Of a stretch of 64,000 nucleotides of DNA, positions 63,601 to 64,000 are shown piece by piece (position 1 is the stretch's first letter; each line of letters starts with the position of its first letter). Source of the DNA: Hemiscyllium ocellatum (taxonomy: Eukaryota). Position numbers and translations under genes: made by a program. The notes beneath the pieces are model-generated. The model did not search any database. It was not told where the DNA came from and saw only the letters and a program-made list of their open reading frames with translations. The stretch is from contig NC_083417.1 in assembly GCF_020745735.1 (NCBI RefSeq), positions 64,356,001 to 64,420,000 on the forward strand, given 5' to 3'.

Positions 63601-64000
63601 GATTCTCTTGATCCACCTTGCTTTTCCAGCACCACACTTTTTTAACTCTGGGATCCACCTGTCGAAGACCACGCCGTAACTTTGGCAATATGTACTTTCT
63701 CAGTTCCGAAGACTTCTGAAGTACGATCACTGGATCCGAAACATTAACTCTGCTTTCTTTCCAAAGATGCTGCCAGACCGGCAGAGTTTCTTCAGCTTTT
63801 CCGCGTTTGTTCACGCAGTTACTTTCTTTGTTCTGTCATTGACGTTCTTCATAATCATTAACCCGTCGCTTAACCAATTTGTTCGCTCTTGCTTGTGGTA
63901 TTTGTTAGATTTATTTTCTTGGCAACGAGTGGCCGGAACTCTTATACATGTTAGAATTGGAAAGCCCGGCATTTTCTGCATGTTGGTAGCAGCTGACATC

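Larger units (their letters stand above)
51351..64000 (+). repeat. Segmental duplication, copy 2 (runs off the window end)
   Basis: 51351 aaaatatttaatattttgtgatg matches position 1; 64000 (agctgacatc) matches 12162. Confidence 0.95.

Noticed and set aside
1-64000. CRISPR arrays, rRNA genes, RSS-flanked V/D/J segments
   Set aside because: None seen. The sequence is eukaryotic and the V exons are germline-joined.

Overview
Vertebrate genomic DNA, inferred to be from a shark (probably a carpet/bamboo shark) because it is saturated with cartilaginous-fish-type repeats: HE1/V-SINE tRNA-derived SINEs, CR1-clade LINEs and Penelope-like elements (PLEs). One apparently intact protein-coding gene lies on the minus strand (37220->32659, 7 exons reconstructed by hand, 371 aa). 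It encodes an Ig-superfamily inhibitory receptor: leader, a single germline-joined VJ-type V domain, a C1-set domain, an uncharged transmembrane segment, and a tail with four tyrosine motifs (VQYTTV, NKYAEV, VTYTTL, TEYAAL), i.e. SIRP-alpha-like architecture. Two decayed paralogues (leader/V/C1 exons at about 904-2632 and 52230-54287) sit inside a segmental duplication (1-12162 matches 51351-64000), so the window is part of a tandem, birth-and-death receptor cluster. Several PLE terminal-repeat fragments carry recognisable minimal hammerhead-ribozyme cores. There is also a hAT transposase remnant and two assembly gaps. Repeat boundaries are approximate (read by eye); exon boundaries were checked for splice dinucleotides and phase.
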